A stretch of DNA of 61,999 bases, counting the filler, from Basidiobolus ranarum (lineage: Eukaryota): the NCBI GenBank assembly GCA_040143965.1. It is 3 parts of 3 records of this genome, joined end to end, with 100 filler letters (N's around TTAATTAATTAA, not from the genome) between each part and the next. Parts side by side here need not be neighbours in the genome. Positions count along the whole stretch, not along the records: positions 1 to 20,657 come from JASJQH010000223.1; positions 20,758 to 41,352 come from JASJQH010000224.1; 1 more part is not named here. One strand, given 5' to 3'. This document shows, piece by piece, positions 14,352-26,658 of the stretch (position 1 is its first letter; every line of letters begins with the position of its first letter). The position numbers and the translations under genes are program-made. Under the pieces are notes generated by a model. That model had not been told where the DNA came from and searched no databases. It saw nothing but the letters and a program-made list of their open reading frames with translations.

Positions 14352-14450
14352 TAACACCCCGTTGATAATTAGCATGGGGTGATTTGATTGGACCTAGAGT
14401 TCCGCTGAGAGATATTCGATAGGGAGAATTTTGGGGTGAGGGGCGTGATC
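14352..14450 (-). promoter_or_regulatory. Cluster of SRE-like motifs plus CCAAT box upstream of FAS
   Basis: On the minus strand: ATCACCCCAT (14374-14383), CCAAT (14387-14391), CTCACCCCA (14432-14440), ATCACGCCCC (14440-14449). Confidence 0.4.
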
Positions 14451-17367
14451 AATGTAGAGCGAATCAGATCTCTTGAAGTTTGCAGTTGGGTCTTTTCTGA
14501 GAGATCTGACTGGAATCTATTAGTTCGAAGTGAAGACCATATATGGAGTGTACAATTCACCATTTCGGACCCCATCGTCGTATCCATCGCGTATCCCCAG
14601 TTGTCAGCTACAATAGAGCTCGAACTTGAATAATTTCCCACATTCGTTAGATGGAGTAGTAGCAATAGCAGCATGTCTAGTTATATGAGGAGTTGCGTGA
14701 CAACCAAGTAAATCCTACTACTAAGATCAATATTGACATCAGTTCCAAGTAAGGATTAACCCTAACCCTGGTTTAAAGAAAGATATAGATTTGCGTGAAT
14801 ATATTAACCCTAAGATCTTTTGTCTGGTTTAACACAACGATGGTCTAATCTTATACATATCTAGAAGGTAAGTCTGGGTTTATTTAATTTCGAGGTTTCT
14901 GTCTCTCGAGAAGATTTGTACATTCAACTAACATATATAGCTTTGATTGAACCATTATATTGGCCGTTTGGATGATGTAGCTTTGATTTAACCATTCTAT
15001 TGCGTGATGCGGTGTATGTGCTATTGCTGTTACATTGCGGGTATCTAAGGAACTTAAATATATGAAATATCTCGCATAATCTTAGACGGGCTTCCAGTCT
15101 TTATAGGGTACATACATACTATCCCCGCCCCGCCCCGTCCCATTAAATGGCCAGGACTTCACTTATCTGCAACCATGTTGATAGAGGACCTTGAGCCTAG
15201 ATAGACTTGAATTCGCCCGACGGTGTGTTACAATGACTAACTCCTGGTGGCTTGTTGAGTTTTATACGTCTCCTAGTCTACACACAATAAATAGCAAGTC
15301 ATAGATATGCGCCACATTCCACACAAAATGGGGACTCCGCGGTGTTAAAAAACTGGTTTATTAATTTGCCCGATCTCCAGAGTTTGTGCAGCCTAAACGA
15401 CCTCCTTGACTAGTACTTCAGCCGCTGTCAAGAGCAAGTCTACCCATCACACCAACGGTACCAAATCCACATCACCACTCGGTTCTTGATGATAACCTAT
15501 CATCACACTTCGATGACCCGTCGATTACACTTCTATCAGTTGGAGACCCAAAGAGTGCCATACCTCGGTTAAATGTTTCGGAGTGAATACAGGTTAGCAT
15601 TTCACAAGCCCAAATGTACTAGAGATCGGAATAGTCTAAATCTCCAGCATAAACCTAACCCTGATGGCGGTATTGAGCGTGCATTCCTCAACACCCATTC
15701 GAATATATCAGTGCAAAACTAAACGATATCATCAAATTCGCCATCAAATTTAAATGTCTGCAGTCGATACAGATCGACGATGTTTGTATTTGCATCCGTT
15801 TATATCTAGTATGGAGGATACTATATTTATGGAAGTTATAATAGTGCTTCGATATCTCTTCGGGCTTACCTTGGGTTTACCTTAGCTTTACCAACTTGAG
15901 CCAGGGCTCTGGGTTGAGGCTGTTCACGTAATTAACGTCCATTTTCAATTCGGTTGATACTGTATTTCCTAATAAGGAACCGATACTTGAGGCACCCTCA
16001 TTGGTGAATAGCTATCAACGTGATGTTGGACAAGCGTTGTGAGTGGATCAGTGCTCCTTGTACTCGCAAGGTAGAAATGGGTAACAATGCATTGCAGACA
16101 CTAAACGATGATCAAGACAAAGTCCAATGTAATATTGGGTGACTACGAAGTCTAAATCGTCTCGGCAGAATAACTGAAGATAACGTACGAATTGACTATC
16201 TATGATGGAACTTGTTTACAAATAACTGATAGCTTGCTACCAAGTGATGTGTCCTACAAGATGCGTCCCGAATGGTGTTATTCCCAAAATAGGAGATGCA
16301 TTGCTTAAATTCACCCAATAGTGGAATCATTGATTGGCCATATATCCCGAACGTGACCATTAGGAATAATACTGATAGATTATGATTAGCGAGTGATTGG
16401 ATAGATATGAGATCTCTGGCTATCACTCATTGGCGTAGAATGGTGCTAAGGAAATGAACGTAAATGAATGGGGAGCTAACATTAAGTGTAATAAATACGA
16501 AAGCAACGTAATGCTTTATTGTAACGTGGAAGGCCGAGAGCAATCGCAATTCTAACAACAGCCAATACCCATAAATTACCAGGAAATTACCGGTTTTCAG
16601 TAACAATGAGGCAATTTCTGATTGGAAACGAATGGGTATTTTTGGTGCTTCCAACGTGGCCAAGTCTAAAAAGACCAACTCCACATTTATAGAATTGAAC
16701 TGATTTCTTGAGCTGAAAGAAATACGGGTCGTTCTCTTTCTTACCTCACTTTAGAGCTTATGTGTTTGTGTGTAAGTACTTATCACCTGACCTGTTGATT
16801 GCCAAATTTGAGTAGAAACTAAGAGTGGAATCAACAATATCGTAATAAGGAAAATGGTAACAAAACAATAACAAATTAATAATAGCACTACAAATCCGTG
16901 CATATTGACAGTTACATTGGCTGTTGCATATTATTTGTGCACTCCTTAGTCTAGTTCTATTAGACCGCCTTGTATCCCCTTTAAATCCGCTTTACATCCC
17001 CTGATTATACTTCTATATTAGATAGCGCTGGATCGAACTCTATCTATCTTCACCATCATTAGTCTAGCCCTAACCCTAACCCTTCTTTTGCCTGATTTCT
17101 ATAGATAACATTGTCTCATTTCCAAAAGATGATGTTGTAAGATATCTGCTATATGATAATGATGATATCTAGCATATACCAAGCTATTCATGGAACAAAT
17201 GTCATTGTATGTGCCTCAATGATGTCTATGGTTTATTTTCTTCACAGAATTCTAGGATCCTTCTTGACAAAAAGTATCAGATCTTGTGGGGGGTTTCTGT
17301 GGAATATGAAGATATAAATTTACAAATGTAGGATGAGGATATGCATAGTATATATACTAAAGACTCG

Positions 17368-19718
17368 TCATCTTGGGGGCTCAATACTGATGGCAACATC
17401 TATATCTTTTTCAGGATATATTATAGCTGAATTTCCAGAGCTTTGTGCTTCTTCTTCTTGAGGTTGAGGCTGGGGCTGGAGTCGTTCCAAGTGGTCAAGA
17501 ACTTCCGTAATTTGTTGACAAAAATGCTCTGATCCGATCATATCATAGAGACCAGAGGTTCGGAAAACTCTCAAGTGTTGTTCCCGTAGATTGATGAAGT
17601 AAACACCAATTCCACGACCTCGATAATCACATATGATTTCTAAAAGAATTTGAATGGCACTAAGACATTTGTTGATTTAGTAAATGAAAGTAATTAGGAA
17701 AGATTAACCAAAAATAGTACCTGGCATCAACCTCAGTCATGTTTTCTACTTCGAAGACAACATTTTGAACGGGGCTCAAGTATGGTTTTGCCGAGGGATG
17801 TACTCTAAAGTCCCCATATTGCTCACTACGACGTAGACGATCCTTTAATGATCCAGAATTGGCAAAATGGAGAGGCTCGTTAATTTTCAGCATTAGTAAA
17901 CCTTCGGTGTGAACTGCCTCAGGAAAGTCCCGAATTGGCTTGAATTTATCGTTACTGCCGGGAATACGACCCTAAATATTGAAAGATGAGTAAACATCAA
18001 TTTCATCGAATAAAGTCGAATCGAATGATTGACTGGTACTTACCAGGATAGTGATAGAGGGCTTGGTGCTTCTCTTGACCAGAGTCAACAATGCTAAACT
18101 AATGGATATAAAAGTACCAACTTCAATCCCGACCACAATTGTCAACACAAATGTTAATACCATCAAAGCCAAATCTGAGACAGCTCGGATTTTCCACAGA
18201 AAAGCGATATCGCTAGGTGCGTCAAGGACCATCCCAGTCCCAGCAACAAAAATCAATGAAGAAAGCACGGCTTTTGGTAGAAACTGGAAGCACGGCAATA
18301 GATATACAATAGCTACAAATACCAGCAAAGAGCTTACTAGGCCGGCCATCTGGGTTCGAGCTCCAGCTGAGTTGGCCAATCGGCTTCTCGGCATAGATCC
18401 GAAAGCTGGCATTGCTTGAAATAAAGATCCAGCAACATTGGACATCCCTAGTGCAACTAGTTCTCGGTTAGGTGAAACTGAGTAGTTATGGAGAGTGGCA
18501 AAGTCTTTGGTGATCGCAGCGGAAGATACGAAACCAAGCAACGCGATTAATACTGCTGGTACCGATAGTTCTCTGATACGATTATGGTCAAAGATTGGAG
18601 GGAGCTTGGGAAATGGTATAGAGCCTTTCTCAAGCTCACCCACAATGAGCACCCCTTCATTTCCCCACCCATAATACCAACAGAAAACAGTGGAAATAAT
18701 CACTACCATGAGAAATTCGGGCAAGTATTGAATAAAAGGTTGCTTGAATCGTCGTTTAAGACCTTGAACGATGAAGAGAAAGCCAACGCTAATGAAAGAT
18801 ACGGTAGCAGTTAATACATGCGTAGAGCTCAAGTTACGAATGACAAAAATCAATTTCTGCAAAGTTGTATGATCGCGAGGAGTAATTAGGCTATCCAGTC
18901 CCAGTAGTGTAATTGATTGTCCTACGAGAATAATCACACCAATAGCTGTAATAAACCCGCGAAGCAAAGCTCTTGACAGCAATGAATCTAAGAATCCAAC
19001 TCGAAGTAGCCCCAAGATAAGAGTAAAAATACCAGCAAGAAAGCTGATGACTGATGCAGTCGCTACTGCCTCAGAAATCATCATCTGAGGATCTGTTATA
19101 TTTGCTACTCGTGAGGCTACAGAGAAACCAACTAGAATGGCTGAAACAGATTCCGGCCCAATGCTTATTTGTCTGTTAAGTTTCATTTAGTATATAGAAA
19201 TCCATGGTACTTTATAAAAGACAAAACCTACCTTGACATACCAAAGAGTGAATATATAATCCCCGGAATACATGCTGTGTATAATCCATAAACCGGTGGG
19301 AGCCTAGCCAGGGCTGAAGCATAAGATAAGCTTTGAGGTATACTTAAGCAGACTACAGTCAGAGCACTAAAGATATCACCGCCGAATAATTTAAAAGAGT
19401 ATTCTGGGATCCACTTGAATGCTGGTATATAATATTTGAAACGAGTGGTAAGGTCTTCCATGTTCCAATTGGTTTTGGATCGTGACTCCTCATTATACGC
19501 GAAAGAATCTAGAGAATCGGCTATAATGGTGATAAGTACTTGTAAGATAAGAGTGAGGCAGAGTTTTTGCAGGCTATGTTGAAGATTTTCTTGTCGAAAT
19601 ACAACTCATTACCTGAGTGTGTCGAGCTGTAGCTTCCACGTCTAGTCTGACCGAGATTAGGTTGTGGCGTTTCAAGTAAACCTTCAGTTTCCTCGGTATC
19701 GTGTGAATAACGTAACAT
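17368..19718 (-). CDS. SulP/SLC26 anion (sulfate) transporter with C-terminal STAS domain
   Basis: Multi-exon. IPQSLSYASALARLPPVYGLY, ISIGP, PNRELVALG, GSMPRS..NSAGARTQ, STAS LKINEPLHFAN. GT-AG introns link the ORF-track pieces. Confidence 0.92.
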
Positions 19719-20657
19719 GCCACTTTAACCCAGTTTGTATTTTTCTAAAGCTGAAAAAGTAAGGGCTCGATAAAAAACACGTTTGTAAGTGACCTTTGAA
19801 TTCTAGTTGGGAATAGCATGGGATACATATAGAAAATAGAGTAATTGTTGTAGCCAAGGATGGCATCAAATTTGAGCAAATGGAAATTATAATACCCGGG
19901 GGATTTCTTTTAACTCGACTATCCAATTATCAGTGGCTTACTAGGTCCAAATTTGTCTAGCGTTTGGGGAAGAAACTAGGTATATATGGAATATTTGTTG
20001 TGTGAACAACACTACTTGTCACGTGTAACACGAAATTTGACTGCTTTACTCTATCGCTTGCCAGAGGTTTACTTGGATGAAAATGTCAAAAATTCACCAA
20101 GTCATCAGTATTAGTCATTAACAGCGATATAGAGTCAACGCTAGGAGTTCTATAAAATCACCACTAGGAGTACTATAAAATCAACTGTTGACAACCTAGG
20201 CCATGTCAATAGATAATGCGCCTTGATAGTGATCGAGCGTATCATACTATTATTGCTGGTGCACTTGCAGACTATTCCAAAGCTAAATCCGCAATATAGA
20301 TGATTCCAAGTCCATCAGCTTTTAATAGAAGTATTTGCGATTAGGGTTAGGGTCACATTGATTCAGCAAATGATAATATTACTGGGTCGAGTCACGGTGC
20401 TATATGGTAAATATTCGGTCGACTCGTTCTGTCATGACATAATTATGGATCTACCATTTACCAATATTGACTAGTAAAAGAATATTTCTATTTACCAAAG
20501 TTAGACCTTATGATAATGATTAGATTTATTCGTAATAACAATCATTGTATTGCATTCATAATCATCGTATTGCATTCATAATCATCGTCTAGAAATGGGT
20601 GATAAAAGCAAACCACATTTAAATATATAGAGAAACTGTTCACGTTACACAATATTG

Positions 20658-20757
20658 NNNNNNNNNNNNNNNNNNNNNNNNNNNNNNNNNNNNNNNNNNN
20701 NTTAATTAATTAANNNNNNNNNNNNNNNNNNNNNNNNNNNNNNNNNNNNNNNNNNNN
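20658..20757. other. Artificial contig-joining spacer (N44-TTAATTAATTAA-N44)
   Basis: 100-nt block with a central palindromic six-frame stop linker at 20702-20713. Confidence 0.97.
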
Positions 20758-21317
20758 AGTAAAGTAACCACGAACCCACCTAAAATTTCCCACTTTTATG
20801 GAATCTTCACCCACTGAATATCTGAAAAATTTTCTTCTCCCCCACCTATGACTGTAAAAAGAAATTTGATTGGATTGTGAGAGACGGTTAAAATTGATTT
20901 GGATTTACGGTTAGAAAGGAAAATTTTCAAGACTCCGTGACTGTTGCGTCCAATCCTCATTCCTCGACCTTCAGTCTTAACCCTCGCCATTTTCTATAAT
21001 CATCAAACCAAAAATATCTTCTACAAGCTATAATAATAATAATAATAATATCAATATAAACATATTTGGTTTAATATAAAAAACTTGATTAATGCTGCGA
21101 CTGATGAGCATTTAGGGTTAGGGTTGGCTTAACATGGTTTGTTCATATTGGAGTTTATTCACGTATTAAAGGAATCATACGATATGCATTAAAGAAATCC
21201 AATTTATGTGTAAATATGTTACTATAGGAAAAGGTAGTTCAATGTCACAAGTTGAAAGTTCTTAAAAAATTCAAAATATTGTGCGAGTATCGAAATACAT
21301 CCCAATTATTTGTCGGT

Positions 21318-21647
21318 TTATTGCTTCTTCTCTGGAACTTCACGTCTCCAAGTATATCCATTTCCTTTTCCTTCTAAATCTTTGTCCTAAAGAAAAAAAG
21401 TTCCATTAGAAATTCTGTCGTTTACTCGTTATAACTGTACAATTCGATGGTTCAGAAGCATAAAAAAACCTACGTGAGTCTTATAAGCCAAATAAGTGAT
21501 GCCAATAGGAACTGCAACTAAGTAGATTAAAGAGAGTGAGACAGTACGGCGAGTCCAGCGAAAGTGTTGATAAGTAGTTTCACGCATGGTGGCCCAGCGA
21601 TCGATGGCCGGGTCATGAATGAGAGAATGGTCGTTGTGTCCAGCCAT
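21318..21647 (-). CDS. NDUFB4: Complex I accessory subunit NDUFB4/B15-like
   Basis: DPAIDRWATMRETTYQHFRWTRRT plus one TM helix. Second exon DKDLEGKGNGYTWRREVPEKKQ* follows a GT-AG intron. Confidence 0.8.
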
Positions 21648-21965
21648 AGTTACTAATCCTAATGATTCAGAGGTGTATTCGGTTTGAAAAGTATGGTACT
21701 GTGTAGAAAACCTACCTTAACGATATGTGGACTATTTCAGAGAAGTAGAAATTTTGGGGTAATAAGTGCCCATTATGTTGGGTCTTGATTCAAAATTGCC
21801 CAGGAAATTTTTCCCTTGATGGAGCCCCATCTTTATAATTCATTCATATCTTACTCCATACAATATCACAATAATCATCAAAAGTTCGTAAATTTGACCG
21901 TGAAAAGAATTCCTTGATTTTCATTGCTTTCAAAGTGTATCGTTGACGAAAATAGGTCCTTCAAA

Positions 21966-22424
21966 ATGGGGCTTTATGAGTGGATTTCATTTAAAGAGCC
22001 TTCAAACAAAGATCTTGTCTGCTATCATATTGTAATTAGTCGGTTCACTTCAATATCACTCTTACTACTGCTAACTGAACCATTTAGGAAGGTTTCTTAG
22101 ACTGTGCTTACTTCCATAATGCAGTGGAATTAGGAGATAAAGTGTCTGCACATACCAAACGTACTAATTCTAGAGATACGGTTAAGATGGAAGTGAAAGT
22201 CCACCCGAAATCACAGTGGAATGACAGAATTCAGCAACTGAAGGAGGTATGGATCACCTTGTAAGGTAAATGTTTGAGCATATACTCACACTTCACAATA
22301 GAAAGTCCCCGGCTCCCAAGAACACCGCACTTCCCCATTCATCTACGAGGGTTGCTCCACTACATTGAAGTTCATTGGGGGATATACAGATTTCTTCAAA
22401 CTTGTCCAAGAAAGACACAAATAG
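21966..22424 (+). CDS. 115-aa glutaredoxin-fold protein, monothiol CAYF; not in ORF track
   Basis: Exons 21966-22031, 22088-22246, 22302-22424, phase-0 GT-AG introns: MGLYEWISFKEPSNKDLVCYHIEGFLDCAYFHNAVELGDKVSAHTKRTNSRDTVKMEVKVHPKSQWNDRIQQLKEKVPGSQEHRTSPFIYEGCSTTLKFIGGYTDFFKLVQERHK. Has cis-Pro loop TSP and IGGYTDF. Confidence 0.8.
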
Positions 22425-22737
22425 AACCTTATTTATTTTCGAGTAGTAAAAATTCCAAATGAAAGCAGTTTTTACTGATTGATATAACATGTGAAGGGTG
22501 GTCATGTGACGTTGAATCTATATGGGTTTCACACAAAGGAAATGTTAAGGCACTGGATGGAGAACAATCATGAAGATATGCAAATGCGGGGAACATGATA
22601 CAAGTATGAAAGGCATTACAGGCTTTCTATGCAGTAAGTAGTTTGGATGAAAAGTAGTGATGTGGGTGAGTGAAAGAAAATAATCACGAGAAAAGAGGTG
22701 AAGGCGAAGGCTAGGGTGATGATAAAAAGCTGAGAGT

Positions 22738-25700
22738 TCAAGAGCACATAAGTTTCTTGAACCAGTCATCGTTGGTGAGCTCTTGTAGCAAATGTGGATA
22801 TTTTCCTTTTAAATAATCGCATATCCGCCGAGCATCTCCAACTCTTTGTTCTTGAATGAATGCCCATATGATGGTTCGGCATAATTTCAGGTCAGGAGTG
22901 ATGTTGAGCTCTTGAATTTGTGAGAGGAATTGTTCGTATGCTTCCTCGTGAGAGCCAAGTCTGCATAGTGCTTCAACATAGGCGGCCAAATTGTTTGAGG
23001 TTAGATCGTAATTATCCTTCTTGAGAGATCTCCAAGTGGACCTCAGCCTTGTGATGTCTTTATTGAAGCCACACGCGTCTAACAAAACGGAGATGGCACC
23101 ACTAGGATGGTTTTCTGGGCTCAGGAGCTTCGACTTCTCAGCATTCCACAGCTCAAACACCTCCTCGAGCTGACGGTTGTAGTTATAGCAATTCATGACA
23201 ATGGGGATGGTGAACTGGTTGGGCTTGGTGCTACTATCAACCATGTTGTGATACCATTTGAGAGCTTCGGCAGGGTTGTTGTTGAGAAGATGGGCATTCA
23301 TCAGGATATTGTATGTTTGAACAGTGGGTGTGATATTCCAAGACTTCATGCTTGCATAGATGGCCATGGCATTGTCTATGTCATTGTTCTTACCGAAGGT
23401 GTCTATTAGAGTATTCAGCAAAACAACGCTTGGTCGGACTCCATCTTTCAGCATATCTTGGTATCTTAGGAGAGCCTGGTCGAGTTTAGAGCTCTTACAA
23501 TAGGCATTGATCAAACTAGAGTAGATAAACTTATCTGACTGACCGCTAGATACCATCTCTTCTAATAACTCGGTTGCCTTCTCTATTTGATTGTTTTTCA
23601 AAAATCCATTTGCTAGGGCTGTGCGAGTAATGTTGTTAGGCTTAATATTATCTTGGGACATTTGGTCGTAAATTCTAAGCGCTTCGGACATATTAGAGTG
23701 CTTGGCGTAATTGTTTATCAGCGTAGTGTAAGTCGTCACGTCTGGATTGACACCTCTTTTCTTCATATCCTCCAACAGCTTCTCAGCCTTGTCAAAGTCG
23801 TTGGATTTAGCGTAAGCTTTGACGAGAGGGTTGTATATAAAGATGGTAGGAGTAATTTGACGATCCAATAACTCCTGATAGAGCCTCAAAGCCTGGGCTA
23901 AACGCCTGTTTTCGGCGCACATATTAATTAGAATACTGTAAAGGTATGCGGTTGGTTCATGGCCATGCTTGATCATATCGTTGTGCAACTCAAGTACGCG
24001 ATTGGAATCGTTTTTGCGGCCATATTCCTGGATAAGAGTGTTGTAGTCTTCGAAGGTTGGAGAATGTTTGCATTTGATCATGCTTTGATAAACACTGAAT
24101 GCTTTCTCTAATTCGTGCTCCTCTACAAAACACCTGATGAGAGCACTATGGTTGAGAACATTCGGTATGAAGCCTGCCTGTTTCATTTGTTCGTAGGCTT
24201 GGAACGTTTGCATATTGGCTCTCGACCCTACGAAGAAGTATGCGGATATCAGGGAGTCATAGGCCATTTTGTCTATTTTTATCTTACTATGAAGCATTTC
24301 TTGATGAAGATCTCGGATTAGATTCAACGCCTTGTTCTTTGCAAAACTCTGAAGGAGAAGAGTAAAAGTACTAGAATTAGGCACGACATTCGAGGCCTTC
24401 ATTTGCTTGTAGAGGTTGAGAACTTTTTGAGTACCGGATTCGCGAACAACCCCACCGATCAGAACATTGTAGGTAACCGTATTAAGCTGGACACCACTGG
24501 CGGTCATTTCACGAAGCAGATCCATTGCTTCGTTTACTTTAGATTGCTTCATGCAACCGCTAATTAAACTGGTGTAGATGACAGTGTTTGGGCTGATGTT
24601 CTGGCTCTTCATGGTTTTGAAGAGGTCAAAGGCATTGGGTAAGTTGCCGCTCTTCGCATAGCCGTCTATCAAAACACCATATGTAAATACGTTGGGACTA
24701 TGTTTGTTCTTTTTCAACTCCTCAACAAGCAACTCTGCTTTGGCGAAGTCCGATTGCTGTACGTATGCATTGATCAGAGCGGTGTAACTAACAACATCCA
24801 ACGGTACCTCGCCTCGCTTCAATATTTGAAATAGTGAATTTACCTTGGCAAAATCTTTTTTGCTGACATAACTTTGAATGGTTGTGTTACATGCTCTGAT
24901 GGAAGGTTTGATATTTTGCTTTAGCATAAATTGGATTATCTCCACAGCATGATCAGTGCGTGACGATGAAGCATAGGCCGATATCAATGCACTGTATACT
25001 TGAGAGTTGATGGGGATTCCACGCTTTAACATCAACTTGAAGATGTTTTGTAAAGGTTCTACTTGATTGAGTTTTCCCAACACGTCAGTGATCTTTGTGT
25101 TGACTTGTGGTTCGAAAAGTATCTCGCTCTTTTCTAGTTTAGAATATAACTCCATAATCTTGGTGGAGTTTCTAGCCTTCGAGTAAATATCGATCAATAT
25201 ACTGTAGGTATTCTTATCAAAATCTATGGATCTTTCTTTCATACTCAGAAGAGTCTCGTTAAGAATCTTGGTATCGCCGTGATTTTTACAATGCGCCAAT
25301 ATGGTATTATAGGAGACCACATCGGGGGAGATATTCAACTCAATCATTTTTTTTAAATAATGCAAAGCTGAATAAATGCTAGTCCTCACAGTTGTTTCTA
25401 TCAATTGGTTGAAAAACGTTTGGTCCACTTGAACCTTTTGCTCTCGCATCTGAGCAAGTAAAGCCTCAACTTCAGAGGATTTTCCGTGATTTGCGTAGAA
25501 GGAAGCTATGGGGGTATAACCGGACTGAGAGTCGTAATGTACTCCAATCCTTTTCATGGATTCAATGATTTGGGAACCTTTAGCTAAACTGCTGGCGCGA
25601 TCGAGCCCGGCCTTATTGATTAAGTTTAGAAATTCAGAATACTGACTGAACGATATTGAGCGCTCCTTCTCTGTGTTCATTAGCTGTCTAAAACTGGACC

Positions 25701-25944
25701 AAGCAGCATTTGCGTTTTGTTGTTGTAGTGCACTTTGAAAAGTGCTAAGCAAATTCGAGCTCTGGCCAAGGTTGGAGTTAGTGTTTGAGGATTTCTCAGC
25801 TGAGAATAGACATGGGTGTTTGCTTGAAAGAAACCGATGGGAGTGACGGGAGGTGCCTTGGTGTTTGCTAGCGAAGAGGAAGAATTTGGGGAAATACCTT
25901 TTGGTATGATTAACAGTATTCGATGAAGGAAATTGTCTGAACAT
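22738..25944 (-). CDS. Large pentatricopeptide-repeat (PPR) protein, likely mitochondrial
   Basis: Intronless, first ATG 25944 (MFRQF). Many tandem 35-aa repeats (PDVVSYNTIL, PNVFTYGVLIDGY, PDVTTYTTLINNY) and a basic presequence-like N-terminus. Confidence 0.93.
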   Translation of the reverse strand: MFRQFPSSNTVNHTKRYFPKFFLFASKHQGTSRHSHRFLSSKHPCLFSAEKSSNTNSNLGQSSNLLSTFQSALQQQNANAAWSSFRQLMNTEKERSISFSQYSEFLNLINKAGLDRASSLAKGSQIIESMKRIGVHYDSQSGYTPIASFYANHGKSSEVEALLAQMREQKVQVDQTFFNQLIETTVRTSIYSALHYLKKMIELNISPDVVSYNTILAHCKNHGDTKILNETLLSMKERSIDFDKNTYSILIDIYSKARNSTKIMELYSKLEKSEILFEPQVNTKITDVLGKLNQVEPLQNIFKLMLKRGIPINSQVYSALISAYASSSRTDHAVEIIQFMLKQNIKPSIRACNTTIQSYVSKKDFAKVNSLFQILKRGEVPLDVVSYTALINAYVQQSDFAKAELLVEELKKNKHSPNVFTYGVLIDGYAKSGNLPNAFDLFKTMKSQNISPNTVIYTSLISGCMKQSKVNEAMDLLREMTASGVQLNTVTYNVLIGGVVRESGTQKVLNLYKQMKASNVVPNSSTFTLLLQSFAKNKALNLIRDLHQEMLHSKIKIDKMAYDSLISAYFFVGSRANMQTFQAYEQMKQAGFIPNVLNHSALIRCFVEEHELEKAFSVYQSMIKCKHSPTFEDYNTLIQEYGRKNDSNRVLELHNDMIKHGHEPTAYLYSILINMCAENRRLAQALRLYQELLDRQITPTIFIYNPLVKAYAKSNDFDKAEKLLEDMKKRGVNPDVTTYTTLINNYAKHSNMSEALRIYDQMSQDNIKPNNITRTALANGFLKNNQIEKATELLEEMVSSGQSDKFIYSSLINAYCKSSKLDQALLRYQDMLKDGVRPSVVLLNTLIDTFGKNNDIDNAMAIYASMKSWNITPTVQTYNILMNAHLLNNNPAEALKWYHNMVDSSTKPNQFTIPIVMNCYNYNRQLEEVFELWNAEKSKLLSPENHPSGAISVLLDACGFNKDITRLRSTWRSLKKDNYDLTSNNLAAYVEALCRLGSHEEAYEQFLSQIQELNITPDLKLCRTIIWAFIQEQRVGDARRICDYLKGKYPHLLQELTNDDWFKKLMCS

Positions 25945-26658
25945 TATTTTACATGTGCAGCAGAAGTATCTCGGCAAAAATAATACTTAAAGATAGGAGG
26001 TGAGAGTAGGCTCGGTAAACTAATTCACTGCCTTAAAAATGCACACTGCTTCTCTATCGTTTGTATTTTTGTCTCCCTCGAAGATAGCTGGGGAAAACGT
26101 AAAAAGTGAGAATATTTTGACCAAATCTGAACATTCATGAATCTAGACCCAAACTCAATCCATTTTCCCCCCTCTCTCCAGTCAGAAAAAAATTACAAAA
26201 ATGAAATAAAAATCTTATTTGGGTTTGGTGTTTACCAAGCAGACATATTACACGGCATTGATTGGACTTGGAAATGCGGTATTTTCCCTCGATCGGCATT
26301 ATGTCACATAATTTCAAGAATATTGACGCAGCAAGCATTGAATTCTTAGAGTAAACAAAAGTGCCATGTTACTCATTTGTTATACCAAAAACTCTCTGCT
26401 TAATTGTTGATATCCATTATTTATAATTATCGTATTAATTCACGCCAAATTTCTTATGTCCACTGTCTTCTTGGTGACGACTTCAAACCATCCATCATAT
26501 TGCTTTCAATTCACTAGAATTCATGAACAGCCAGTTGTCATTTGAAACTAGCATTTCTATGGCCATGAAGATAAAAAGGGTAGATGCATTTGGTATTAAA
26601 TGCTTTGGTTAAAGTTTAACATGAAGTGGGAACAAACACCAATATATGTAACATGTTA

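Noticed and set aside
14938-15002. Direct repeat with spacer, superficially CRISPR-like
   Set aside because: Only two imperfect copies, in a eukaryote with no cas genes.
21966-22424. Selenoprotein or recoding in the redox gene
   Set aside because: The spliced model has no in-frame TGA; the active-site residue is a TGT Cys.
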